Program-made: the position numbers and the translations under genes
Shown here: positions 55,168 through 63,708 of the stretch, piece by piece
Layout of the letters: each line of letters starts with the position of its first letter
Position numbering within the stretch: position 1 is the stretch's first letter
Notes under the pieces: generated by a model
What the model was told of the DNA's origin: nothing
Databases searched by the model: none
The model's input: the letters and a program-made list of their open reading frames with translations, nothing else
Source of the DNA: an uncultured delta proteobacterium
GTDB lineage: Bacteria; Bdellovibrionota_C; UBA2361; CAIXSY01
Direction: 5' to 3'
Assembly: GCA_903922175.1 (NCBI GenBank)
Contig: CAIXSY010000024.1
Location: 634 to 64,633 of the forward strand
DNA length: 64,000 nucleotides

Positions 55168-56319
55168 TTGACGAAGGTGGAAGATCAGGGAGGAGTGGGT
55201 TTGGGCATTCGAGTTGCGGCACGGCGTCGTTTACTCTTTGTTATCCCCACATTGGGGTGTGGCGGGGCCGAGCGCATCTCGGCATTACTGGCTAATGCCT
55301 TTGCCCGCCGTGGTATGGTTGTTCAGATCGTTAGGCTGGACCGAGGGGCTGATCCAGTGTTCGTTAATCTAGAGCCAGAGATAAAGGTGCATGCCCTTGG
55401 CTTATTGAGCGGTTGGCAAACGATATTCCGGTTACCAGGGGCATTATTGAAGCTGCGCCGGCTCCTTCGGCATTCTGATTGTGTCATCTCTTCGGTTACG
55501 GGCGCCAGCGTACTTTCAATCCTCTCTCTTGTCGGGAGTCGTGTGCCGGCGGTCATCATCGATCATTCGCACCCGAGCTATTACACGCGCCGGATTATAC
55601 ATCGTCTGGCCCGTTCTCTGTTCTACCGCAGGGCTAATCGCATCGTCGTACTTACGGAGGAGTCAGGCCGAGCACTTAAGCATCTTGGGGCCCGGGTCTT
55701 GGTCATCCCGAATCCTGTTGAAGTGGATTCTATAGAGAGGCAAAAGGGAGAGGCTCTCAAGCTTGAGAGAATCTCCTCGGTACGCATCGTCGCCATGGGG
55801 CGACTTGTCCCAGTCAAGGGATTTGAACGTCTTCTTACGGCCTTTGCCACGGTCGTCGCCCATCATCCAGCAGCGGAGTTGGTAATTTGGGGTGAGGGGC
55901 CGATGCGGACAGAATTGGAAAGTCTTTCAACTCGCCTTGGCATCTCCGCACGGGTGAGCTTTCCTGGCGTAACCAGAAACCCAAGCCTTGAGCTCGCCGC
56001 GGCTGATATCTTTGTTCTGTCTTCCTATACGGAGGGCTTCCCCGGTGTGCTGTGCGAAGCCATGGCCTGTGGAACAGCCGCAGTAAGCTTCGCCTGCCCG
56101 GCTGGCCCAGCTGAAATTATTCAGCACGAGAAAAATGGTTTGCTCGTCCCCAATGGGGATGTGCAGGCGTTGGTAGGTGCAATGGATCGGTTAATCATGG
56201 ATAAGGAACTGCGTGCTCGGCTAGGGCATGAGGCTACGAGGGTAGTGGTGGAGTATTCGTTGGATAAGATTGTCGCCCGGTACACAAGCTTAATCGATGA
56301 GGTGGACTGCGCTGGCTAA
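55168..56319 (+). CDS. GT4-family (GT-B fold) glycosyltransferase
   Basis: The N-terminal block is LLFVIPTLGCGGAERISALLANAF. The C-terminal block EGFPGVLCEAMACGTAAVS is the E-x7-E-type motif. The start is uncertain (TTG 55168 or GTG 55177). Confidence 0.85.
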   Translation: MTKVEDQGGVGLGIRVAARRRLLFVIPTLGCGGAERISALLANAFARRGMVVQIVRLDRGADPVFVNLEPEIKVHALGLLSGWQTIFRLPGALLKLRRLLRHSDCVISSVTGASVLSILSLVGSRVPAVIIDHSHPSYYTRRIIHRLARSLFYRRANRIVVLTEESGRALKHLGARVLVIPNPVEVDSIERQKGEALKLERISSVRIVAMGRLVPVKGFERLLTAFATVVAHHPAAELVIWGEGPMRTELESLSTRLGISARVSFPGVTRNPSLELAAADIFVLSSYTEGFPGVLCEAMACGTAAVSFACPAGPAEIIQHEKNGLLVPNGDVQALVGAMDRLIMDKELRARLGHEATRVVVEYSLDKIVARYTSLIDEVDCAG

Positions 56320-56339
56320 AGAATTTCAGGTTTCTCACT

Positions 56340-57338
56340 ATGCACTTCTTAAGACTACGCAAAATACCAAACGGCCCTCTGCGCATCGAAATTCAGAGCA
56401 CTGCTGAAGGCACCAGAATTGTTAAGCTATTTTCGTCTGAGATGCAGGCACCCTCATTGGTTCATGAATTTGAGACGAAATATACAGTTGAGCTCATTGA
56501 AGCTCTTTTAAAGACTCATGGAGCTGCGTCTCTTTGGGATGAAATTCGGCGCGATGAGGACCCGACGCATATTCGGCGTCGCTTGGGGGCCTTGATTGAG
56601 GCGCATGGAATTGTCCCCTCAAAAACACATCGCATCTTGGATTTTGGATGTGGGGCGGGAGCCTCAACCCTAAACCTATCGCGTTTTTTCCCGAGTGCTG
56701 AGGTAATCGGTATTGAGCCACAGCGCCAGATGATAGAAGTTGCAAGGAAACGCGCTGATTTTTGGGAGCTCTCAAACATCTCTTTCTTACCTTCTGAGAG
56801 TGACACAAAGTTGCCCGAGGTGAGGGGCCCTTTTGATTTAATTCTTCTCAATGCTGTTTATGAGCATCTACTTCCCGATGAAAGGAGGCTCCTTTTGCCT
56901 CAGTTATGGAGGGCTCTTCGTCCACAGGGAATAGTTATAATCACCGCGACCCCTCACCGCTATTATCCATTTGAAATTCATAGCACAAGCCTTCCTCTTA
57001 TAAACTACCTGCCGGATTCATTGGCCTTCCACTGTGCCAAGAAATTCTCCCGAAGGGTATGCGGAGATCCGACATGGGAGAGCCTTCTCAAGGGGGGGAT
57101 TCGTGGTGGCACGCCTAGAGGAGTGCTTGCTCACCTTACTGCAGGCAATTTGCAGGAGGGGGAAATTCTTGTGCCACGCGGAGAGAATATAAAAGATAGT
57201 GTGGACCTCTGGTGGTCGGCGACAGATCCATTGAGAAGCAAATTTCAACGCCGAGTGGCTTTTGTAATCGGAAAAATTGGAGGCATTTTCGGTCTTGAAC
57301 TGCTTCCTAGCTTGGAAATGGCTATAAGAAAAGTTTAG
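56340..57338 (+). CDS. Class I SAM-dependent methyltransferase
   Basis: Blocks are ILDFGCGAGASTLNLS, VIGIEP and LLNAVYEHL. Confidence 0.8.
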   Translation: MHFLRLRKIPNGPLRIEIQSTAEGTRIVKLFSSEMQAPSLVHEFETKYTVELIEALLKTHGAASLWDEIRRDEDPTHIRRRLGALIEAHGIVPSKTHRILDFGCGAGASTLNLSRFFPSAEVIGIEPQRQMIEVARKRADFWELSNISFLPSESDTKLPEVRGPFDLILLNAVYEHLLPDERRLLLPQLWRALRPQGIVIITATPHRYYPFEIHSTSLPLINYLPDSLAFHCAKKFSRRVCGDPTWESLLKGGIRGGTPRGVLAHLTAGNLQEGEILVPRGENIKDSVDLWWSATDPLRSKFQRRVAFVIGKIGGIFGLELLPSLEMAIRKV

Positions 57339-57625
57339 GGTGCTTATAGGAAGAAGAATAAAAGACCCCCTAGGATTTCGTCTTGTCCCCGGAAGGTGCA
57401 TAGCAATTCTCCCGCACATTCCTGTTCTGGTGTATCTGTCTGACGAGCAGATTTAGATACGGTGCGATGAGAGAGGCTGCGTAACGGTTACACGGGACGG
57501 CGCACCTAATTAATTTCGTTGCTTTGTGTTAGCATGCGCCTATGGGGAATGAGGCTGCAATGCTATGCTGCTTCCAAGGTGACTCAGCATGTGAGACGCC
57601 CCACGAACATTCTTTAAGGATAACT

Positions 57626-58423
57626 ATGTCGCCTACCATCAGCGTCGTGACTGCCTGCCGGAACGCGGTTAGCTGTATTGATCGAGCGATCTGCTCAGTT
57701 GAAGCGCAAGGTGTGGCCGGGGTTGAGTACATTGTCATCGATGGTGCCAGCACTGATGGTACGGCGGAGATAATAAAAAAGCATGCTTCTTCTATTGCCT
57801 ATTGGGTGAGCGAGCCGGATCAGGGTCTGACCGATGCCTTGATTAAGGGGTTTAGCCGGGCGACAGGGGATATCTTATGCTGGCTAAACGCAGATGATCA
57901 CTTTGAAGCAGGGGCGTTTAAGCAGGTACTGTTTGCTGTCGAGAGAGCGCCGGATGCGGTCGCTTGGGTCGGGGCGGCCAGGCGCAGGTCAAAAGGGGGC
58001 CGGCCAAAGAGGGTAGCAACACCCGCTCTTGAAGGGTTCCCTGGGCAGGGGGTGTGGTGGAAAGAGGTGCGCATTCCACAGGCGGCGTGTTTCTTTTCAG
58101 CTGCAGCCTATAGAAAGGTAGGTGGTTTAGATTCGCGTTTTAACCTGACGATGGACCTTGATCTTTGGCTGCGGTTGGCGAAGGTGGGACGGTTTGAGGC
58201 CATCCCCCAGGTGCTGGCTAATGTTACGATCGATGATGGGACCCTGTCTGGGCGTGATCCGGCCCTTACCATGAGCGAGGCGATTAGCGCTTACTGTGTT
58301 AACGGGCACCATCAGCTCGCAGCGCGGCTTTTTGAGCACTATGCGCGCCATGAGTACTGGAAGCAGACTTTGTACCGTAGCGGGCCGGTAAAGGCGCTTC
58401 GGGGGTGGTTGGAGCCGGAGTAG
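57626..58423 (+). CDS. GT2-family glycosyltransferase
   Basis: I use the ATG at 57626, preceded by AAGGA. Blocks are ISVVTACRN, YIVIDGASTDGT, EPDQGLTDAL and LNADD. Confidence 0.8.
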   Translation: MSPTISVVTACRNAVSCIDRAICSVEAQGVAGVEYIVIDGASTDGTAEIIKKHASSIAYWVSEPDQGLTDALIKGFSRATGDILCWLNADDHFEAGAFKQVLFAVERAPDAVAWVGAARRRSKGGRPKRVATPALEGFPGQGVWWKEVRIPQAACFFSAAAYRKVGGLDSRFNLTMDLDLWLRLAKVGRFEAIPQVLANVTIDDGTLSGRDPALTMSEAISAYCVNGHHQLAARLFEHYARHEYWKQTLYRSGPVKALRGWLEPE

Positions 58424-58429
58424 CTGATA

Positions 58430-58738
58430 TTAAGCCGCAATTCTTTCAAGTTGCTTCAGGTGGGCGTATTTGGAGCTGTCAACTTGGCTAAGTTCCCACT
58501 GTTTCTGCATATTGAGCCACATCTGCGCGCTGACCCCGAAAACGCGACCGAGTGCCGTAGCCATTTCAGCAGATACGCCTCGCTTGCCTCGGCAGATCTC
58601 GTTAATTTTTGCCGGATCCACCCCAAGATGACGGGCTAGTTTTAATTGTGAGGCGCCGCAATCCTTAAGCCAATCCTGCAAAATCTCGCCAGGATGAACA
58701 GCAATCGGGAAATCCCCGTTTAAATCCTTCTTCGTCAT
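58430..58738 (-). CDS. higA: HigA-family HTH antitoxin
   Basis: 102 aa. HPGEILQDWLKDCGASQLKLARHLGVDPAKINEICRGKRGVSAEMATALGRVFGVSAQMWLNMQ is canonical HigA/VapI. Confidence 0.85.
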   Translation of the reverse strand: MTKKDLNGDFPIAVHPGEILQDWLKDCGASQLKLARHLGVDPAKINEICRGKRGVSAEMATALGRVFGVSAQMWLNMQKQWELSQVDSSKYAHLKQLERIAA

Positions 58739-58749
58739 AAAATTCTTCC

Positions 58750-59046
58750 TTAGTGGTAGTCTGTAATCTCAACTCGATCGGCATCCGCTCCGCTCCAACG
58801 AAAACAGATTCGATACTGGTCGTTTATCCTTATAGCAAACTGCCCCTTGCGATCCTTTTGCAATGAATGCAGGTTTAACCCAGGCGCTTTTTTTAAGTCA
58901 GCCAAGGACGTTGCGGAAGCCAGTACAAATAACTTCTTTCTTCCCATTCGATGTAATACTTCGGGCAGCACTTTACGTGATTCCTTAGATTGCTGTCTAA
59001 GCGCAATATCCTTGGTTCCAGAATCGTAGTAGGACCTGATTGCCAT
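58750..59046 (-). CDS. higB: HigB-family (RelE/ParE superfamily) toxin
   Basis: From internal ATG 59046. LADLKKAPGLNLHSLQKDRKGQFAIRINDQYRICFRWSGADADRVEITDYH is the plasmid-maintenance killer signature. It lies upstream of higA, the usual reversed order. Confidence 0.8.
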   Translation of the reverse strand: MAIRSYYDSGTKDIALRQQSKESRKVLPEVLHRMGRKKLFVLASATSLADLKKAPGLNLHSLQKDRKGQFAIRINDQYRICFRWSGADADRVEITDYH

Positions 59047-59123
59047 ATTGACAGTATGGCACATTGGGCCAATAACCTCAAGCAACAATTGTGCCTTTAC
59101 GCCCTCTGTCATCCCGAAGAGCG

Positions 59124-59447
59124 CTAGCGACGAGCGGCCTCCGTCGTTGGGGGCGACGGAGGCCGCTCGTCGTTCTCCCCTTTTTTAAGGCGGTAAGTAT
59201 TAAGACTCGCCTGCACCAGAGGCAGCAATCGCTGCGCGGTATCGTTATGCCCTTTTATGTTCCAATGTCCATCGATGCGATAATAGAGATCGCTAGCCTC
59301 TGGTTTCGAAGGCAGGCGCACCAGCGCTATTCCGAGGGCGGCAAGGCGCTGCTCAAGGATCTTAGCCCGCTCACCTTCTGCGCCGACACAGGCAAATACC
59401 ACAGGCCACCCATTCTTTTGACAGAGGGCTAGGGGCCTGTCCTTCAA
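59124..59447 (-). pseudogene. C-terminal remnant of an SGNH-family hydrolase
   Basis: Only the last ~90 residues are present, with the block V motif IDGHWNIKGH (compare GEGHPNPKGH in 28420..29331). There is no block I and no anchor. The 3' end of the ORF runs into the hairpin. Confidence 0.45.
59128..59186 (+). terminator. Perfect 19-bp GC-rich hairpin followed by a T-rich run (intrinsic-terminator-like)
   Basis: CGACGAGCGGCCTCCGTCG - TTGGGGG - CGACGGAGGCCGCTCGTCG is followed by TTCTCCCCTTTTTT. No convincing plus-strand gene ends here, so its role is unclear. Confidence 0.45.
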
Positions 59448-59592
59448 GTTCCTTCATGTGGTCGTATTTGGAACTGTCAATTTGGCTAGCTTTAATTGTG
59501 ATGCACCGCACTCCTTAAGCCAATCCTGCTCAGCGCAAGAGTTCCTCGGTGGTGATAATTCGATCAAAGTATGCACCTTGAGCCATCTCTTT
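59444..59592 (-). pseudogene. Decayed higA-like antitoxin gene with an internal deletion
   Basis: Bases 59444-59489 match higA 58445-58492, and 59490-59529 match higA 58640-58680. The junction falls at a GGCTAG microhomology present at both deletion ends in the intact gene. The frame is broken. Confidence 0.55.
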
Positions 59593-59810
59593 GGAAACGG
59601 TGCCCGCGCTTATCAAAATGCGTTGCAGAGAGCAGTTTTTGGGGAGAGGGAATTCGGCGAAACGATCAAGATGCCCAACTATAGCTGTTTTGCATACTAT
59701 TTGGGTAGTAATAGTTATATCGTATGCCCAAATACTGTCTTAGATTGTCATATTTGGCGTGTCTGTATATTCACGTGTGCGGGAAATGTTAAAAATAGTT
59801 TATAAAAACA

Positions 59811-60010
59811 AGTAGTTAAGGCTTAATCGAGTAACTGCTCAATGACCCCGGGCGGAAGTGCCCAGATCCTAGCCCTGGTCTTGATTCTGGCCTAAGTCAT
59901 AGTCGTGTTCTTGGCCGAAATCATTGACCAATTGATCATGACCAGGATTTAGGACCAGGACCAAAGCCAAAACCAAGACTGTAGTACCCGGGGTTATTGA
60001 GCACTTACCA
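59811..60010. repeat. Copy B of the dispersed long-hairpin repeat, inverted relative to copy A
   Basis: The outer arms are GTAACTGCTCAATGACCCCGGG (59831-59852) and CCCGGGGTTATTGAGCACTTAC (59987-60008). The core TTCTTGGCCGAAATCATTGACCAATTGA (59908-59935) is the reverse complement of the copy A core, with 27 of 28 nt identical. Confidence 0.7.
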
Positions 60011-60186
60011 AGAATCGCTCTAACCAATTGATCATACATGTCTTATTTGAACGTTCCGAATTTAGAAAGTGATAACTTTCTAAATTTAGAAAATGTACTA
60101 TTTGCAAAATCAGCAGCCGTCAAGTGGCCCCGACATTTTTTATCCTGGTAGCGATTTATTACTAGCTCCTGTCCGTAGGACAGGAA

Positions 60187-62214
60187 CTACTTCACGATAC
60201 TCCACAAGCTGGCATAATCATCAGTCCATAGCCTAAAATCCGGCTGGGCGATGAGTGGCTGCGAAGCCTCGGCGAGTAATGGATGTTGAAAGATCGCTTC
60301 GGAACGGCTCAGGATCACGTACTCATTCTCCATTGAGCCTTGAGCCGCATCACCAGAACTTTCGGTGTACCTGCCTTCCAGGTGTAGCCTCTCTGCTGCC
60401 CGGGCGAGTACGGGTTTAAGGTCGAGGTAGAGGTTGGAGATGTGAAAAACGATGACACCGCTGGAGGTAAGATGTGAAAGATAAAGTTCGAGTGCCTCGT
60501 GGGTTACGAGGTGCACCGGGATGGAGTCTCCGTTAAAAGCATCTATGATGATTATGTCGTAGAGAGCCTGTGCACTAAGGCGCTCCATTCCCAATCTGCC
60601 GTCACCGTAAACCACCTTTACGCTAGCTGGAGTCATCGAGAGAAAAGAGAAATTTGCTTGCGCGACATCGATAATGTCCGGGTTAATGTCCCAGAAGGTA
60701 ATACGATCACCGGCTTGCCCGTAAGCGGCTAGCGTTCCACTGCCCAGGCCAATGATGGCGATATCTCGGCCCTGGTTGTGGTTGAAAGATCGGAACACTC
60801 TGCCGACGCCACTTGTTGGTGCGTAATAGGTAGTTGGGCGCATCGGGTCATCTATAAATTGGATGCCGTGGCGTATGGTGCCGTGAAATAGCTCTCGTCG
60901 CCTGTGGCCTTGTCGGTCAGTTGATTCGCGTACCCTGGTGACGCCAAAGAAACTTCGTCTTGAGATCAAGTCAGTGTTGTCGCTCCCCATGCGCAGGCTA
61001 AGTGCAGTACCACCGCAGGCAAGGAGCAGAAGAGAGATCGTCGCCATGCTCCTGGTGAGTAATCCGCGACTAAAGACCTTGTCGGATTCGAGGAGCCGCA
61101 GCAGCACGAGGAGCGCGCAGAACTGAAAGCCAAGGGCGTATTCTGTATAATCAGAGAAGATATGCGGTGCGATAACCGAAACAAATAGGGCCCCCACGGC
61201 ACCACCAAGGGCGGTGACGAAGTAAAAGAGCGAGAGATACCTAGCCGCAGGCTTACAGGCGACGAGCTCTCCATTGCAGAGTAGGCAGCCAAAGAATAGC
61301 GCGCTAAGGGCAGTGATGATAAGGAGTTGCAGTGACCCTCCCTGGAGGTGCAGGAGGGTCATCAAGCTAAGTGCCACAAAGTAGAGAATGATAACAATTT
61401 TGCGTTTATAGAGTGGTCGGCGAGCAAAGGTGACGACGTAGGAGAGAAGGAACAGGGCGAGCGGGATAACCCAGAGGAGGGGGATAGAAGCTACGTCTCG
61501 GCAGAGGTGGTTTGTAGTGGCAAGGAGCAGCCACGAGGAGCAAACCGAGAGAAGGAACCATTCAAAGATAATCCGTCCACAGGGACGAGCCTCGGCGATC
61601 TCTGCCGTGGAAGGCAGCGCCGCTTTGGCTGTGGTGTCGGTCTGGCGGTAGTACTGGATCGCTTGAATGACGATCATCGCCGAAAATATGGCAAAGCCCC
61701 AGGACCAGAGGATGCTCTGACTGCTTAGGTAGAGGCTCGGCTCGACTAAGAATGGGTACGATAGCAGTCCTAGGAATGATCCGAGATTTGAAAGCGCGTA
61801 GAGCCAGTAGGGCGACTTTTCTGAGCGAAAGGTATGGCGCCAGGATTGGAGCAGCGGGGCGGTCGCGGATAAGATAAAGAAAGGAGCTCCGAGGGTTCGC
61901 ATCAATACCCAGAGCAGGTGAACTATCGGATCCTCCGTGCCGAGCGGACGAAGCGTAGCTTGAGGGACGATCGGTAGTGTGTAAAGCGCAGCTGCGAGTG
62001 CCAGCAGATGCAAGATAAGCTGCGTTCGCGGCCGACAAAACTTAGAAAGTAGGTAGGCCCAGCCATAACCTAGGAGAAGCACTGTTTGGAAGAAAAGCAG
62101 GCAGGTCGTCCAGACGCTGGCCACCCCACCGTACCAGGGCAGGATCCACTTGCTGATCAACGGTTCTACCAGGAAGAGGAGGAAGGCGCTTAGGAATGTT
62201 AGGGTGGGGGTCAT
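60187..62214 (-). CDS. Polytopic membrane protein with a C-terminal spermidine-synthase-like domain, paralogue 3
   Basis: 675 aa. About 11 N-terminal hydrophobic helices are followed by IAIIGLGSGTLAAY, FWDINP, VVYGDGRLGM and YDIIIIDAFNGDSIPVHL. Confidence 0.85.
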   Translation of the reverse strand: MTPTLTFLSAFLLFLVEPLISKWILPWYGGVASVWTTCLLFFQTVLLLGYGWAYLLSKFCRPRTQLILHLLALAAALYTLPIVPQATLRPLGTEDPIVHLLWVLMRTLGAPFFILSATAPLLQSWRHTFRSEKSPYWLYALSNLGSFLGLLSYPFLVEPSLYLSSQSILWSWGFAIFSAMIVIQAIQYYRQTDTTAKAALPSTAEIAEARPCGRIIFEWFLLSVCSSWLLLATTNHLCRDVASIPLLWVIPLALFLLSYVVTFARRPLYKRKIVIILYFVALSLMTLLHLQGGSLQLLIITALSALFFGCLLCNGELVACKPAARYLSLFYFVTALGGAVGALFVSVIAPHIFSDYTEYALGFQFCALLVLLRLLESDKVFSRGLLTRSMATISLLLLACGGTALSLRMGSDNTDLISRRSFFGVTRVRESTDRQGHRRRELFHGTIRHGIQFIDDPMRPTTYYAPTSGVGRVFRSFNHNQGRDIAIIGLGSGTLAAYGQAGDRITFWDINPDIIDVAQANFSFLSMTPASVKVVYGDGRLGMERLSAQALYDIIIIDAFNGDSIPVHLVTHEALELYLSHLTSSGVIVFHISNLYLDLKPVLARAAERLHLEGRYTESSGDAAQGSMENEYVILSRSEAIFQHPLLAEASQPLIAQPDFRLWTDDYASLWSIVK

Positions 62215-62258
62215 AGTGGCTGGAAAGTTATGGCACTAGCCTTCCCTTATGCGGAAAA

Positions 62259-63059
62259 TCAACCTTCGGCGGAGATTATCGGCCAAGCTCCGAACAGCGA
62301 GCCACGATGGCGCTGAAGTTTTATAAATTGCGGATCTGACGGTTCGGGAAGAACTGGGGTTCGGGTGCGAGGATCAAGGTACAGACACCCCACTTCAGTG
62401 GCTGGTAATGCACAGAACAGTTTCTCACTTTCCGCCTTAGCAATGGTCCAGTTCCGCCGAATAGTGACCGCATCAATCGGCATGAATAGGCTTAGCTCTG
62501 CGATCTGCTGAGGTGAGATTGCACGGTGCTGGTCGATACACTCTAGTAGTGCCTCTGGTGAAAATCCGGGGTCTTTGCCGCAGGCAGCCCAGATCAATGC
62601 GCCGACGTGCAGATAAGTCGAGTGCAGATAAAGGAGGTCGATAAAGTCCCGTGCCTCTCTTCGGCCTCCGGCGGCCAGAGTTTTATTTACGGCCACATCG
62701 GCCAGATGTAAGGCGTAACCAAAGTCAGGATCCGCTACAACGGGGAAAAACCTAAACGTGGTATCCTGCACCCACTCCAATTTAAGCGTATCATTACCCT
62801 TGGAGATAACAGCTCGGCAGAATCCGGGTTGCCTTAGAAGCCAGGTAACCAAAAACTCGTTTTGCTCCAAAGTTTTGACATCTGATTCGGCCGCTCGGAG
62901 GGTGAGCTGCTGAGAATCATGAAAAAAGTCGATATCGGCGGAGTAGCGTGGCGTGTCCTGCCCGCGGTTAATTACCAAGCCCCCAGCAACATGGCTCTCC
63001 GCTGAGCGGTTGGCTGCGATCAACCGAAGTACAAGTTTTTGAAATGGTGTTAAGGGCAT
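62259..63059 (-). CDS. Nucleotidyltransferase-fold protein, possibly an AbiEii/DUF1814-like toxin
   Basis: 266 aa. HVAGGLVINRGQDTPRYSADIDFFHD fits the G[GS]x(9-13)DxD nucleotidyltransferase motif. It overlaps a small upstream ORF by 10 nt. Confidence 0.45.
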   Translation of the reverse strand: MPLTPFQKLVLRLIAANRSAESHVAGGLVINRGQDTPRYSADIDFFHDSQQLTLRAAESDVKTLEQNEFLVTWLLRQPGFCRAVISKGNDTLKLEWVQDTTFRFFPVVADPDFGYALHLADVAVNKTLAAGGRREARDFIDLLYLHSTYLHVGALIWAACGKDPGFSPEALLECIDQHRAISPQQIAELSLFMPIDAVTIRRNWTIAKAESEKLFCALPATEVGCLYLDPRTRTPVLPEPSDPQFIKLQRHRGSLFGAWPIISAEG

Positions 63060-63328
63060 AGGGAACGGGCAATTAAATAATCTTCGCGTGAGCCGTTTTT
63101 CCTGAGCGCACGGGCGATGCTCGGGAGCATCTCTTCAGAGATAACCAAATCTCTGGGCATATACCAGAAACAGCTAGCATACTTAATTCGAAACTGCTCT
63201 TTGGCAAGTGCTAGTCTTTGCTTCAAAGATAACGCTTCGTCGGCACTCATAGTTTTCATTTTAGCATGTAGAGCGATTATTGGAAACTTGGCTAGGGATA
63301 CACGTAATTGCTCATCAAGTGTGGGCAC
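63050..63328 (-). CDS. Small hypothetical protein upstream of the nucleotidyltransferase (possible antitoxin); true start probably internal
   Basis: The track ORF starts at GTG 63328, inside repeat copy C. The ATG codons near 63259/63250 (MKTMSADE) are more plausible starts. No family recognised. Confidence 0.3.
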   Translation of the reverse strand: MPTLDEQLRVSLAKFPIIALHAKMKTMSADEALSLKQRLALAKEQFRIKYASCFWYMPRDLVISEEMLPSIARALRKNGSREDYLIARSLCP

Positions 63329-63420
63329 TACAGTCTTGGTTCTGGTTTTGGTCCTGGTCTTAATATCTTGGTCTTGTGCCTGGTCTTGGTCAAAAAGGCC
63401 AAAAATGACCAGAAGTTAGG
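63304..63420. repeat. Copy C (shorter variant) of the dispersed hairpin repeat
   Basis: GTAATTGCTCATCAAGTGTGGG (63304-63325) matches the copy A outer arm at 21 of 22 nt. TCTTGG/TTCTGG/TTTTGG/TCCTGG hexamers follow, with a reduced core TTGGTCAAAAAGGCCAAAAATGACCA. Confidence 0.55.
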
Positions 63421-63465
63421 ACCGATGGCGTTGATGTCATTGGCGATGGTGGTGACGCTGCCGTA

Positions 63466-63708
63466 GTGCTGCCCGCAGCCGAGGTAGCTTCCGAAAACAC
63501 CGACACGGCGGCGGCGGCCTTGCAGCAGGCCAAATCGCTGCGCCAGCGCGCGCAGAGCTTGCTCGCAAAGAAAATTGAGGTCAGCGACGCCGAGGAGATA
63601 CGAGTGCTCATGGGGCAGAGCCTGCAAGCCGTGGAACAGAAAGACTGGGGCTCTCTTGCAGGTTGCAACGAGCGCATGTCTGATGTGCTCTTTTATCTGG
63701 AGGACTAG
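63466..63708 (+). CDS. Hypothetical protein (helical; possibly a fragment)
   Basis: 80 aa from a GTG start. The frame opens only at ~63409, at the edge of repeat copy C, and ends at TAG 63706-63708. An open frame follows immediately in the same phase. Confidence 0.3.
   Translation: MLPAAEVASENTDTAAAALQQAKSLRQRAQSLLAKKIEVSDAEEIRVLMGQSLQAVEQKDWGSLAGCNERMSDVLFYLED

Noticed and set aside
63117-63419. ORF encoding ...TTVLVLVLVLVLISWSCAWSW.
   Set aside because: The Leu-Val repeat is simply the translation of the TGGTCY hexamer tract of repeat copy C. The upstream part is antisense to the small gene at 63050..63328.
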